Source: Trichomonas gallinae
Lineage: Eukaryota
Direction: 5' to 3'
DNA length: 43,668 bases
NCBI GenBank assembly: GCA_008369845.1
Contig: MRSU01010932.1
Location: forward strand, 1 to 43,668
This document shows, piece after piece, positions 30,977-40,382 of the stretch (positions are counted from its first letter, which is position 1; each line of letters starts with the position of its first letter). The notes below the pieces were generated by a model. The model was given only the letters and a program-made list of their open reading frames with translations, made no database searches and was not told the origin of the DNA. A program made the position numbers and the translations under genes.

Positions 30977-32338
30977 ATGAACACAGAATCGATAATACAA
31001 GTAATGGAGGACGACAACAGCGTTAACTTGACATTTGTGCAGGAAGAAATGGCAAAATCAGGTCCTGAAACGAGAACTTACAAAATTAGAAAATGGACTT
31101 GCGTAATTACTTGTTGTCTTTGCTATATAATCGCGTATTTTCACAGATTTACACCTGCTGTCCTCGCCAAGATGATTGCTCCTGAGTTTGAAGTTCCAAT
31201 TTCCGAATTAGGAATTTTTACTTCAATGTTTTTCTGGTCTTATGGACTTTTACAGCCATTTGTCGGTTCTTTGGCCGATGTTGTTGAAATACGATATACA
31301 ATAACAATATCTTTACTAATTGCTTCAGTTGGATCTTTAATTTGTGGATTTGCGCAGACATTATTCATTTGCTCAGCAGGGAGAATGCTTGTTGGCATTG
31401 GCTGTGCTGCTGTCTACGTTTCAACAAACAAAGTCGCTGCGAATTGGTTTAATCAAAAAGAATTTAGATTTTTTGCAGGGGCATTGATAGGAATTGGAGG
31501 CCTCGGATCAATACTCTCGCAGAGGCCACTCCAAATGCTTGGTGAATTGATAGGTTGGAGAAAGTGTTTCTTAGTTGTTTCAATTGTTGGCGCAATTTTC
31601 GCTTTTGCCGCGCTTTTCCTTGTTAGAAGTCATCCGACTAAGTTTGGTCTTGTGGGATATAACCCTCCACCACAGAGAAAGCCATTTTGGCATGAATTTG
31701 CGCAGATTTTTAGAAATATCAAAATCACAGCAATGATTCCTGACTTTTGGCTGGTTTCTTCTATGATGTTCTTCGGTCCTGGCTTTTACATGGATGTTTC
31801 AGGCCTCTATGGCGTTCCTTTCTTAACTGATGTTTTTCATTTTTCACAGGCGAAAGCTTCGAACTGCCAAATGGCTTTGTCGTGCTCCGTTATAGTAGGA
31901 AGCCCTGTTATTCCAATTGTAGCTGAATTGCTTCACAATAGAAAATTAACAATTGTTATATTCGCTTTAATGTCAATGGCGGCTGTTCTAACGCTTGCTT
32001 TCATCGATCACGCAAGCATGATTGCTGTCTGCGCCCTCTTTTTCTGCTTTGGATTCGGATGCACAGGATCTCAAGGAATTATGATGGGATTTTTCAAGGA
32101 ATTGTCATATGGGCCATCTCTAGAAGGCACTCTTTTGGGTTTTGGAAACTGTTTCTCTTTTATTGGAGGAAGTGTTTTTCAATTGCTTACTTCTGGGTTT
32201 GTGGGTACTTACCCGCATTCTGAGAGCAGCCTGCTCGATCCCCAGTCCCTGAGAATCGGACTTTGGGGTTTAGCAGCTGTATCTTTAATTATGTTAATTT
32301 ATTCAACTTGTTTTGTCCGCGAGAGGAAAACTGTATAA
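30977..32338 (+). CDS. Major facilitator superfamily transporter (MFS_1)
   Basis: 453 aa, about 12 TM. YFHRFTPAV, YGLLQPFVGSLAD, GRMLVGIG and ANWF are MFS motifs. Confidence 0.92.
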   Translation: MNTESIIQVMEDDNSVNLTFVQEEMAKSGPETRTYKIRKWTCVITCCLCYIIAYFHRFTPAVLAKMIAPEFEVPISELGIFTSMFFWSYGLLQPFVGSLADVVEIRYTITISLLIASVGSLICGFAQTLFICSAGRMLVGIGCAAVYVSTNKVAANWFNQKEFRFFAGALIGIGGLGSILSQRPLQMLGELIGWRKCFLVVSIVGAIFAFAALFLVRSHPTKFGLVGYNPPPQRKPFWHEFAQIFRNIKITAMIPDFWLVSSMMFFGPGFYMDVSGLYGVPFLTDVFHFSQAKASNCQMALSCSVIVGSPVIPIVAELLHNRKLTIVIFALMSMAAVLTLAFIDHASMIAVCALFFCFGFGCTGSQGIMMGFFKELSYGPSLEGTLLGFGNCFSFIGGSVFQLLTSGFVGTYPHSESSLLDPQSLRIGLWGLAAVSLIMLIYSTCFVRERKTV

Positions 32339-33498
32339 TTAAAACGTGTTTTGTAGTCATGTTTACATAATAATTTGTTCGTCTGCCCACTATTTTTAGA
32401 TTGAAAATATTTACTTGAATTTATCTGTGTTATTATGTATATCCAACTCACACTGTCAATGTTTAAACATTGTATTGATTAGAAGGTTAGATAATTATAA
32501 TAATGATTTCAAATATTTTCAAAAGTGTGTAGAACAAGAAATATTAAAAATATAAAAGCAGCGTGTTTATATGATTGATTATTGAGAGTGATAATATGTT
32601 TGATTCGGATTAGATAAAGAGAAAAAATTTAATTAAGTCTTCACAAGGAGTCGCAAGCATGAAAATCCGTTATAATTCATAATATAAGCTCGTTTGCCAC
32701 TACTTTAAATGGATATAATAGAGATCAGGCAAACGATGTTATAGAAATTGCAATAAAAAATATTTTGTATTATTTTTTGAGAAATGATTTAAAATATTTG
32801 GATATAATGAAATATGAAACAAAAAATGAAATTAAGGAATTGAAATAAAAATCAAAAAAAAAAATTGAGACGTTTATAAAAATAATCCGGTTGATTAAAT
32901 ATCAAGATTATTAAAGATTTGGTATTGGCTAAAAGTAATAAATAGTTTTCTCGCGTTTTCCATGGACTGTGGAACACGTTAACCTTCCAAAATAGAATTT
33001 GATTAAATTATTTCGTTTGATAGGTTATTCGAGCATTCGTTGATCAGATCTTAACGCACAGTTTTCAAAAATCGTCCAATTTCAGCTGTTGTTAGTAATT
33101 TGTGTCTCGTCATTAATTATCAAGGATAAATCAATAATGTTAGCAATAGAGAAATTGCCGATACACTTTAATTTTTTATTTCTCTTTTGAAATGAGAAAA
33201 ATAAAATCTAACAAATGGAATTCGAAAATTATATATTGTAGAATAATATATCGCAAGAATAATAGAATGCCGGATTCAAAATTCAAAATTGAAAAAAGAA
33301 AAGGAATTTGTTAATTTTTTGACGATAATTATTTTATACAAGCATATTAAGAGAATCAAAAATAAAGATTTTATATAATTAAAACCCCCATATTTGAGAT
33401 GACTTCATTCAATTTGAACAAAATTTTAAATCCGCAGTATGTCTAATTAGCGAAAAATATGTTGATTTTGGCGAATTTACTTTTTAAAATGAATTTAA

Positions 33499-33553
33499 AT
33501 TTTGAATCGAAATTTATCGTAGTGAAGCATTTTGTGAAGATATTTTCGCGGGC
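33499..33553 (+). repeat. Single partial copy (locus C) of the dispersed intergenic repeat
   Basis: TTTGAATCGAAATTTATCGTAGTGAAGCATTT (33501-33532) is 27/32 identical to the reverse complement of 19597-19628 and is followed by TTTTCGCGGGC, matching the TTTTACGGGYGC end of the unit. Confidence 0.65.
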
Positions 33554-33685
33554 TTTTTTTGAAAAGAAAACTATTATTCTTATCTTTATTTCCATTATTT
33601 TCTTAATTTTTTAAAAAAAATCAAAGAATTTAAATTAATACAAACAAAACATATTTAACTAAAATACAAACAAAACAATACATGA

Positions 33686-34573
33686 TTAAATGAAAATTGA
33701 AACTAAATATGGAAATTTCGAGCGTAAAGCTCCATTTTCATCAAAAGCAATGGTCAATGACTTAAGTATATGTCTTATGCATTCATTATCCGGCTGTATG
33801 TGAGTTTCATGCGTGTAATACAAACATAATTCGAATATATTACATGCAATTTCAAAGCTTGTGAACTGCATTGATGCGTGGTTTAGCATGAATGAGTACG
33901 TGATTGCTTTTGATAACTGTTTTAGCTTAAGAATCAAATCATGTGAGTTCTTTGAAGTTTTATGAGCGATGAAATGTTCAATATACATGAATGGCGTAAT
34001 GAAATTGACATTCCAGTTGAGGAATTTAAGTATTTTAAGTTCTGTTTTGACAATGAGTGTTTTCTCAGGGTCACCAATTAAGGAAGAAAGTTGATCGCAG
34101 ATGTCGTTTGTATCTTCTTCCTCGAGTTTACTTGCAATGAATATTGCAGTGGCCGCATAAATTTTGAGTTCGCTGCGATCTAACGGAAAACTTTCGATTA
34201 GATAATCAAAAATTTTGGAAGCTACCGCGACTGTGTGGTGAGTAAGTGACAATGATATGGACGTGAACAATATCCAGTTGGTTAATATGTCTCTGTCGTT
34301 TTCGGTATAATTTTTATTAAATCCCGGGAGTGCGTTATTTTTGAATTTATGTAAACTTTCTTGCTTTTTATATTCGATAATTATTGCATGCTCATATATT
34401 ATCGGTGAGTCCTCGTTATTATCGCAGCTTGCGATTTGAATAGTATCCACTAAATCTTCTTCTTCAGCATTTTCACTATCGCTTGTGTCTGCAACTATCT
34501 TCGACTCGCTTATCCACTTCCCGAAATGTAACAAACTCAATGGTTCACTCGGTTGCTGCAAAAGGTTAATCAT
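33686..34573 (-). CDS. Cyclin (N-terminal cyclin box)
   Basis: RDILTNWI, TVAVASKIFD, ATAIFIASKLEE and TELKILKFLNWNVNFITPFMYI form a cyclin box. First ATG is 34573 (track start is TTG). Confidence 0.9.
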   Translation of the reverse strand: MINLLQQPSEPLSLLHFGKWISESKIVADTSDSENAEEEDLVDTIQIASCDNNEDSPIIYEHAIIIEYKKQESLHKFKNNALPGFNKNYTENDRDILTNWILFTSISLSLTHHTVAVASKIFDYLIESFPLDRSELKIYAATAIFIASKLEEEDTNDICDQLSSLIGDPEKTLIVKTELKILKFLNWNVNFITPFMYIEHFIAHKTSKNSHDLILKLKQLSKAITYSFMLNHASMQFTSFEIACNIFELCLYYTHETHIQPDNECIRHILKSLTIAFDENGALRSKFPYLVSIFI

Positions 34574-35689
34574 CAAAAATTGTAAAAAAAAAATTTCAAA
34601 AACTAGATTTTTGACAACTATGGGAGATTTTGTTTACATACATATTAAAAGTCAATTATTCAACCAAAAAAATATTGTGATCGTTAACGATAAAAAAAAT
34701 TTCTTTTCTAAGAAATTTCTGAACTCAAAAAAAAAGCAAAAACTAAACTCATCATATATCTATCATACATATATTTTATTATTAGAAATTGTTATTTTCA
34801 AACAATTTCAAAAAAAATAAGCTATTTATATGATGTAAATTGTATTTTTATAAAATTTATATTTTTAATTCATTAAATATAAGAAGCAAAAAAATATATA
34901 ATTTAGAAATAGCAGAATTATAAGATATAAAATATATATGATTAATGAAAGAAATTGTTATTCTCAATTAAAAAAATAAATTTTTGCGAATTTAAGTTCT
35001 ATATTATATGTAGCATTTATATTAATCAAAAAAATTGTGGACTCAAAATCCAATAAAGAGTGAAAATAGTCCGGAGAAAAAATACCAATGGGATGTAAAG
35101 ATGTTAATAAACAGAATAAAATTGATTAATAGTCGTATACTTCGGGTTTCAATTTCATTTGTTCGTTCATTTGATGCTACTGGCGTGATCTAACATTCTA
35201 TATAGCTCGCTGTGGTGTGTTTTATGTGTGCAAAATAATCAGAATGTAAAAATATAATAAAGATTGAGAAAATTATTCTCACAATTTGATCATTTGTCAA
35301 GATAATCACTTATTTTGCGATTTTTTGTGTTCTATACAATGCATGGATCATGTTTCTATTCGGCTGACATTAATTATTTCATCAACAAATTCTAATCTAC
35401 TGAAAAGTTATGCGTTTGATAATTTATTTGATACAAATGGTGATTTTTTGCGAATTCTTATCATAAATGTCAAAGAAAACTAGTCCGTAGGCATCTTCCG
35501 AAAGATAACATCAATAAGTTAAGCAACCGAGCCGATAAAATTCGCTCTAAATAGGATGAATCACCGCAGTAAGTGGGATATAGATAAAGGTTAGAGTTAT
35601 TAGAACACAGGTCTTAGGAATTTAAATTATTTTGAAATTAAAAAACGCATATAAACAAGTTTATTCTTACATAAATAGATGCTCCTCTG

Positions 35690-38600
35690 TCAGAATATAT
35701 CTGTGCTATGGTCAAGTGACGTCGTTAGATCGTGTGAATCGAGAATTGACTTCAGATGGGCGTTTCGCCTCCTCATGTGGCATAACAAGGTAAAAACGAC
35801 TGCCAATGAGATGACAATGATGATGAAAGCGGTAATTAATCCGATATATAGCGTAGAAAATTTCTTCGTAATCTTGAAGTGAACTGTCAGCACTCCGGAC
35901 ATTTTAGTTGTTGTGTATGTGACCTTGTAGTATGAGCATGAGGCATCCTGTGTGATTTTAATTATGTTATTCCAACTATCTCCTAAAATATTCGAAACAA
36001 CAACATGATCCCAGCTTAGTTTTCTGTGTGTGAAATCTGTGGGGAGACTGCAAATGATCTCTAAGGTAGATGGAGGATGTACTCTATAAGGTATGTTTGT
36101 ATAAAGAATTTTTCCTCCTGATGTGCCTAGAGTTGCATCGATCTTAACGATAGCTTCTGATATGTCAACATTTGATAAATTGACCGTAGAATTGGCATTA
36201 ATATGCATTAGTTTTTTGACTTTGCAATTATTCAGTGAAACAGATGAGTTTTCTTTCACAAAAACCTCATCAGCAGTAAACTGAAATCCATGGTGACGCA
36301 TAACCGGTGTGAAAACTAGATTTCCCACATCGTTTAATGTTATGTTATTAAAATTCACAAAAGTAACATTGGAGAACGCGGATATTTCCATGTCATTGGA
36401 GACAGTAACTTGTTGAATGTATAAATTCTCCAAATTCGAAAGCCTATAAAAGACTAATTTCGAAACTCCGTTAAAATCAAGCGGAACATACGAACTTTCT
36501 AGTGAAACATATAAGATAAAGCCGGGCTGGAATGTAAATAATGAATTAGAAAGGAAATTATCGAACTTTCCATGAAGTTCAATTAATAAAACGTCACCAA
36601 TCGAAGCATTTCCTACGTGAACGGGGGATTTAATGTATTCATTGACGTGAACTTCAAGAACAGTTGACTTCGAAAAAACAAGCGAAATATTTTTAATTTT
36701 CGAAAGCTCGAGATCTACTGGTGGCATGTGGTATTTCTCAGAGAACTGGCATTTGTCTTTGAAAAGGTTGATGTAGGCTTTGTGCGCTGACATTATAATG
36801 TTTAAATTATTTATTTTGCTGTAATTAATGAATTCGAGGTGTTCTGCGGTTAGAGTTGTTTTGTTGATGAATGGAAATGAGATTTTTCGCGATGATGTCT
36901 TCGGAAAATGAGTGATTTGTGAGATTGAAAGTAAATCTAGAGAAAGTGATGCGAATTGATCGTTTTCTGTTGCAAAAGCAATGTTGTTAGCATTGATGGA
37001 TATTGATTTAATGTTCTCCGACGTTCTATTGTTGAAAATTAAAACAGATAAATCATCAATCACTGAAGAAACTGAGAAATCAAAGAAACTTTCGAAGTCA
37101 AACAGACTATAATTGGTAGCTTCAAGGATATTTAAGTCCAAAGTCTGAGTAATGCTTGAAGTATAATATTTGTGATCCAAAATTGTTGAAGAATTCAAAA
37201 CATACTGGTGAAACCATGGCTGATCAGTCATATTATGAATATATCTGCACGAAGGATGGAATTTAATTGGAGAATCAGTGAAAATAACTCCATAATCGTT
37301 TCTGTTGTTGTTTTGGGAATAATATTGGCGAATAAGTGTGTTAACAGGATACATGTCGTCATCAGGATGCTCAATAACTATTGGATTCGTTGGTTTTTTG
37401 GTGATAGAAAATAAAAGTATTGTTTTTCCTATTTTTGGAGTGAAAAACGTCCTATTTTGGAATATTTTAGGGTCAATCGTCACAATGCTAATGATTTTAT
37501 TCTGTGGTAAGTCAATCTCATTTATTTCTAAAAATGATAAATTATCGAAATCGATTTTCCAGCTTACAAGGCATTCTTCGAGTATAGTGAGTTTGTATAT
37601 GTGAATGTTGTGTGTTGGATTGATAGATAACGATTTTTGAACGATAAAATTAATATTTTCTAAATTACCCATAATATTGGCATCATTTGCACGTATATTA
37701 ACTAGATTTGATGATTTTATTGGATATTCCACGTGTATTAATGAAAATTCCAATGTAGAATTCGGGAATTCAGGAATAATCGAAAATTCAGCATATTGAT
37801 GAATAATTTGAACATATGTGTACTTGTGGAGTAATCTAATGGTTGTAATGTTGGATATTTCCAAAGTAAAAGGCATTCTTTCGCTATCAATTATAATCAT
37901 TGAATTTTTAGAAATAATCGAACTTGATCCAAATTGTTGTTTGCAGTCGTTTATCGTGATGTTGCTATTATCTGCAATTACAGAAATGCTCATTGACTTA
38001 AAATTTGATGAAATAATATTCGAAATCAACGAAAATTGAGAATTATGAAGATATATGTTAAAATCTATCTGTTGTAAGAAGTTTATAGATACGCTAGCAG
38101 CATCAATTGTGTAAATAACTTGATTATTCAAAAAATTAATTATTCCATGATTATCAAAGTCTTGTATAAATATATCTAATGTAGATGTTTCACTGAGCTG
38201 GTACAAGTGCATCTCTGATAGATTTTTGGAATCTTTTGCTGTTAAATTTTGAAGTAAAAAATAATTAGAGAAAAAGTTGATTTCGTGTGTTTGGTGAAGC
38301 TTATTAAGTACCACTATATCTGATATTACTGTAATTGGCTGATCATTATAAGGAATAAATTGTGATTTAAAACAATTTATCACTTTAAAGCAACTTGTCG
38401 ATAAAACATCTGGATTTGGGTATATTTGTTGTATTACTACGTTTTCGAATGCGAAACTTGGCACTTTCAATGATGGGGGAAGATTTGGATAAATTAATCG
38501 AACGAAACCCGTTTTTACGCCAACAAAACGAGCTCCATACACTGCAAAGTTATCAACAGTTACGTCTATGTATGTATTTTCGTCATTTGCTAAGACAAAT

Positions 38601-38755
38601 TCGTAACTTTTAATTGGAATGAAGTCTTTTAGTGAAGATAAGTGCTCCATTTGTGGATCACTGCAGTCTATAGACGAACCAGGTGGTTTCACACAGAATT
38701 GTTTTAATCCAAAAACAATCTGTAAAAAAACGAAAAACAATGTAAGAATTGTCAC
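35690..38755 (-). CDS. Large type I membrane surface protein, beta-rich ectodomain, unknown function; canonical ATG missing
   Basis: About 1020 open codons, I/N/S/F-rich. Signal-like LFFVFLQIVFG, FCV..C N-terminal motif, C-terminal TM followed by RRR and a short tail. No ATG in frame before the signal peptide. Confidence 0.8.
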   Translation of the reverse strand: MTILTLFFVFLQIVFGLKQFCVKPPGSSIDCSDPQMEHLSSLKDFIPIKSYEFVLANDENTYIDVTVDNFAVYGARFVGVKTGFVRLIYPNLPPSLKVPSFAFENVVIQQIYPNPDVLSTSCFKVINCFKSQFIPYNDQPITVISDIVVLNKLHQTHEINFFSNYFLLQNLTAKDSKNLSEMHLYQLSETSTLDIFIQDFDNHGIINFLNNQVIYTIDAASVSINFLQQIDFNIYLHNSQFSLISNIISSNFKSMSISVIADNSNITINDCKQQFGSSSIISKNSMIIIDSERMPFTLEISNITTIRLLHKYTYVQIIHQYAEFSIIPEFPNSTLEFSLIHVEYPIKSSNLVNIRANDANIMGNLENINFIVQKSLSINPTHNIHIYKLTILEECLVSWKIDFDNLSFLEINEIDLPQNKIISIVTIDPKIFQNRTFFTPKIGKTILLFSITKKPTNPIVIEHPDDDMYPVNTLIRQYYSQNNNRNDYGVIFTDSPIKFHPSCRYIHNMTDQPWFHQYVLNSSTILDHKYYTSSITQTLDLNILEATNYSLFDFESFFDFSVSSVIDDLSVLIFNNRTSENIKSISINANNIAFATENDQFASLSLDLLSISQITHFPKTSSRKISFPFINKTTLTAEHLEFINYSKINNLNIIMSAHKAYINLFKDKCQFSEKYHMPPVDLELSKIKNISLVFSKSTVLEVHVNEYIKSPVHVGNASIGDVLLIELHGKFDNFLSNSLFTFQPGFILYVSLESSYVPLDFNGVSKLVFYRLSNLENLYIQQVTVSNDMEISAFSNVTFVNFNNITLNDVGNLVFTPVMRHHGFQFTADEVFVKENSSVSLNNCKVKKLMHINANSTVNLSNVDISEAIVKIDATLGTSGGKILYTNIPYRVHPPSTLEIICSLPTDFTHRKLSWDHVVVSNILGDSWNNIIKITQDASCSYYKVTYTTTKMSGVLTVHFKITKKFSTLYIGLITAFIIIVISLAVVFTLLCHMRRRNAHLKSILDSHDLTTSLDHSTDIF

Positions 38756-39014
38756 TTTTTATCAAAAAAATTCGAAAAAATCTGATCATTATAACTAAAT
38801 CAGTTCAAATCTATATTCATACACAAACTCTCCTTCCACCTTATGGATCCATTTGCTTGAGACTAATCAGTATATTGTTATATGATTGTGGCAACGCAAC
38901 AGTTTTGATGACTCACGGAATTACATGATAAGTCATCTGATGATATTAATTTGTAGGAGAAAATATAATATATCATTCATCAGTTGACTATTTGCCTTAA
39001 TCAGTGATATAGAG

Positions 39015-39395
39015 TGTTGAAGCATAAATCAAAGCTGTGTTGTTGATATTGTTATTTAAGTTGACATAATTTCCAGCAGTAAGATTTGATGACCAGTTTC
39101 TGAAGCACGAACCAAAGCTATAAAGCTGTCATCGTCTTTGGATTATAACATCTATTCAAAAAATTTGACAACATCATGATGACCATTACATGAAGCAATT
39201 ATCAAAGCTGTATTGTGGCATTTGTTTTTTGTGTTGACATTGCAACTACTGTAAGATGAAATTTGTGAACGTCATTGTGGCAATTTTCTAAAGCACAAAC
39301 TTTAGCATCAATTCAAAAAGTTATAACAAGGAGCTTGACAACTTCATGATGGCCGCTAAATGAAGCTCACATCATTGTTGTAAATTTATCTACTA
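39015..39395 (-). pseudogene. Heavily degraded ankyrin-repeat pseudogene
   Basis: Fragments in shifting frames: TTMM*ASFSGHHEVVKLLV; CNVNTKNKCHNTALIIASCNGHHDVVKFF; SKDDDSFIALVRASETGH; VNLNNNINNTALIYAS. Confidence 0.85.
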
Positions 39396-40075
39396 TTAAT
39401 CGTCAAACAATTTACCACAAATCACCTCACATAGCATGGAAAATGCCCTTGTATTAATTAGAGGAATATCTGCATACGTGCATTCATAATCATATAAATC
39501 AGCATCATAAATATAATAACAATAAAACTCGAATCCAAACATTCGCAAATAATAAGATCTACTTGGTTCAGACCACTTAACTCTATCATTATACATAACG
39601 AACCTAAAACTATTGAAAATCATGTTGTTTTCAAAATAAAATCTTCTTGTGACATTTTCACCACATCAATTCGGATAAACTAGATCCCATGTTGCAAATG
39701 AACAAAAATCAGTAGAATTTCCATCTGCAAATTTGATATATTTTAGCTCTGTCCATGTGTTATTATCAGTTGATCCTAGTAGTGACCATTCAATTGGTGG
39801 ATATGATCCAATAATATTGGAAAATTCATAAGCTATAGGCATAATGTATATTTTTTTAGAGTAGAATTGAATAAATGGATAATCATTGCTAGGATCAGCA
39901 TATCCTTGATTATTTAATGGATTTTGAAAAATATATTTTGCTATTAAAATTGTTTTTGCTAGTAACAGATATGGATTTTTTATTGTGGATTGAATGGTAT
40001 ATTCCATTATAGTCTGATGAGTTATTGATGAACCTTATTAAGCACATTGATAAGCTTCAAGATGAAAAAAAATCT
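39396..40075 (-). pseudogene. Galactose-binding/F5/8-type-C-like protein gene, disrupted
   Basis: ORFs 39666..40007 and 39396..39623 share a frame, split by TGA 39668-39666 (YPN*CGENVTRRF). Motifs PFIQFY, EWSLLGSTDNNTW, FNSFRFVM, LRMFGFEFY. The 5' end after a TCATT Inr has no ATG and carries stops. Confidence 0.75.
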
Positions 40076-40090
40076 TGAAAATGAAAATTT

Positions 40091-40122
40091 TGCCATGTAA
40101 ATTATTAATTTTGTCGCGTAAA
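40091..40122 (+). promoter_or_regulatory. Two TGNCRYGTAAA motifs 21 bp apart upstream of the 39396-40075 relic
   Basis: TGCCATGTAAA 40091-40101 and TGTCGCGTAAA 40112-40122. Confidence 0.55.
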
Positions 40123-40382
40123 TTTGCAAATATGGTTGAGAATATTTCTTGATTTTTACTATTATAGCATCAACAAGATTCTCATAATAAGGTTAAATTT
40201 TCCTCAACACCTACTTATTTAGCATATATTTTTTGATGAAATCAATTATTTTGTTGAATCTCGTGATCTTTTGGAAAATTCAGTATATATCTTGTGACAT
40301 TGGTTGAAATAATAACATACTGTATGCTTTTATTTAGAACAAAATCCAAATTACAAATAGATAAAATATAATCGAACAAAAT

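Noticed and set aside
32691..32735. 8-bp inverted repeat CGTTTGCC...GGCAAACG
   Set aside because: A single short inverted repeat with no target-site duplication or second copy; compatible with chance.
34485..35483. ORFs 34485..34820 and 35286..35483
   Set aside because: Non-ATG starts and homopolymer-derived low-complexity translations overlapping the cyclin promoter and spacer.
39666..39668. In-frame TGA as selenocysteine or recoding
   Set aside because: The 5' end of the same gene is also damaged, the fold is not a known selenoprotein, and TGA terminates intact genes in this window.
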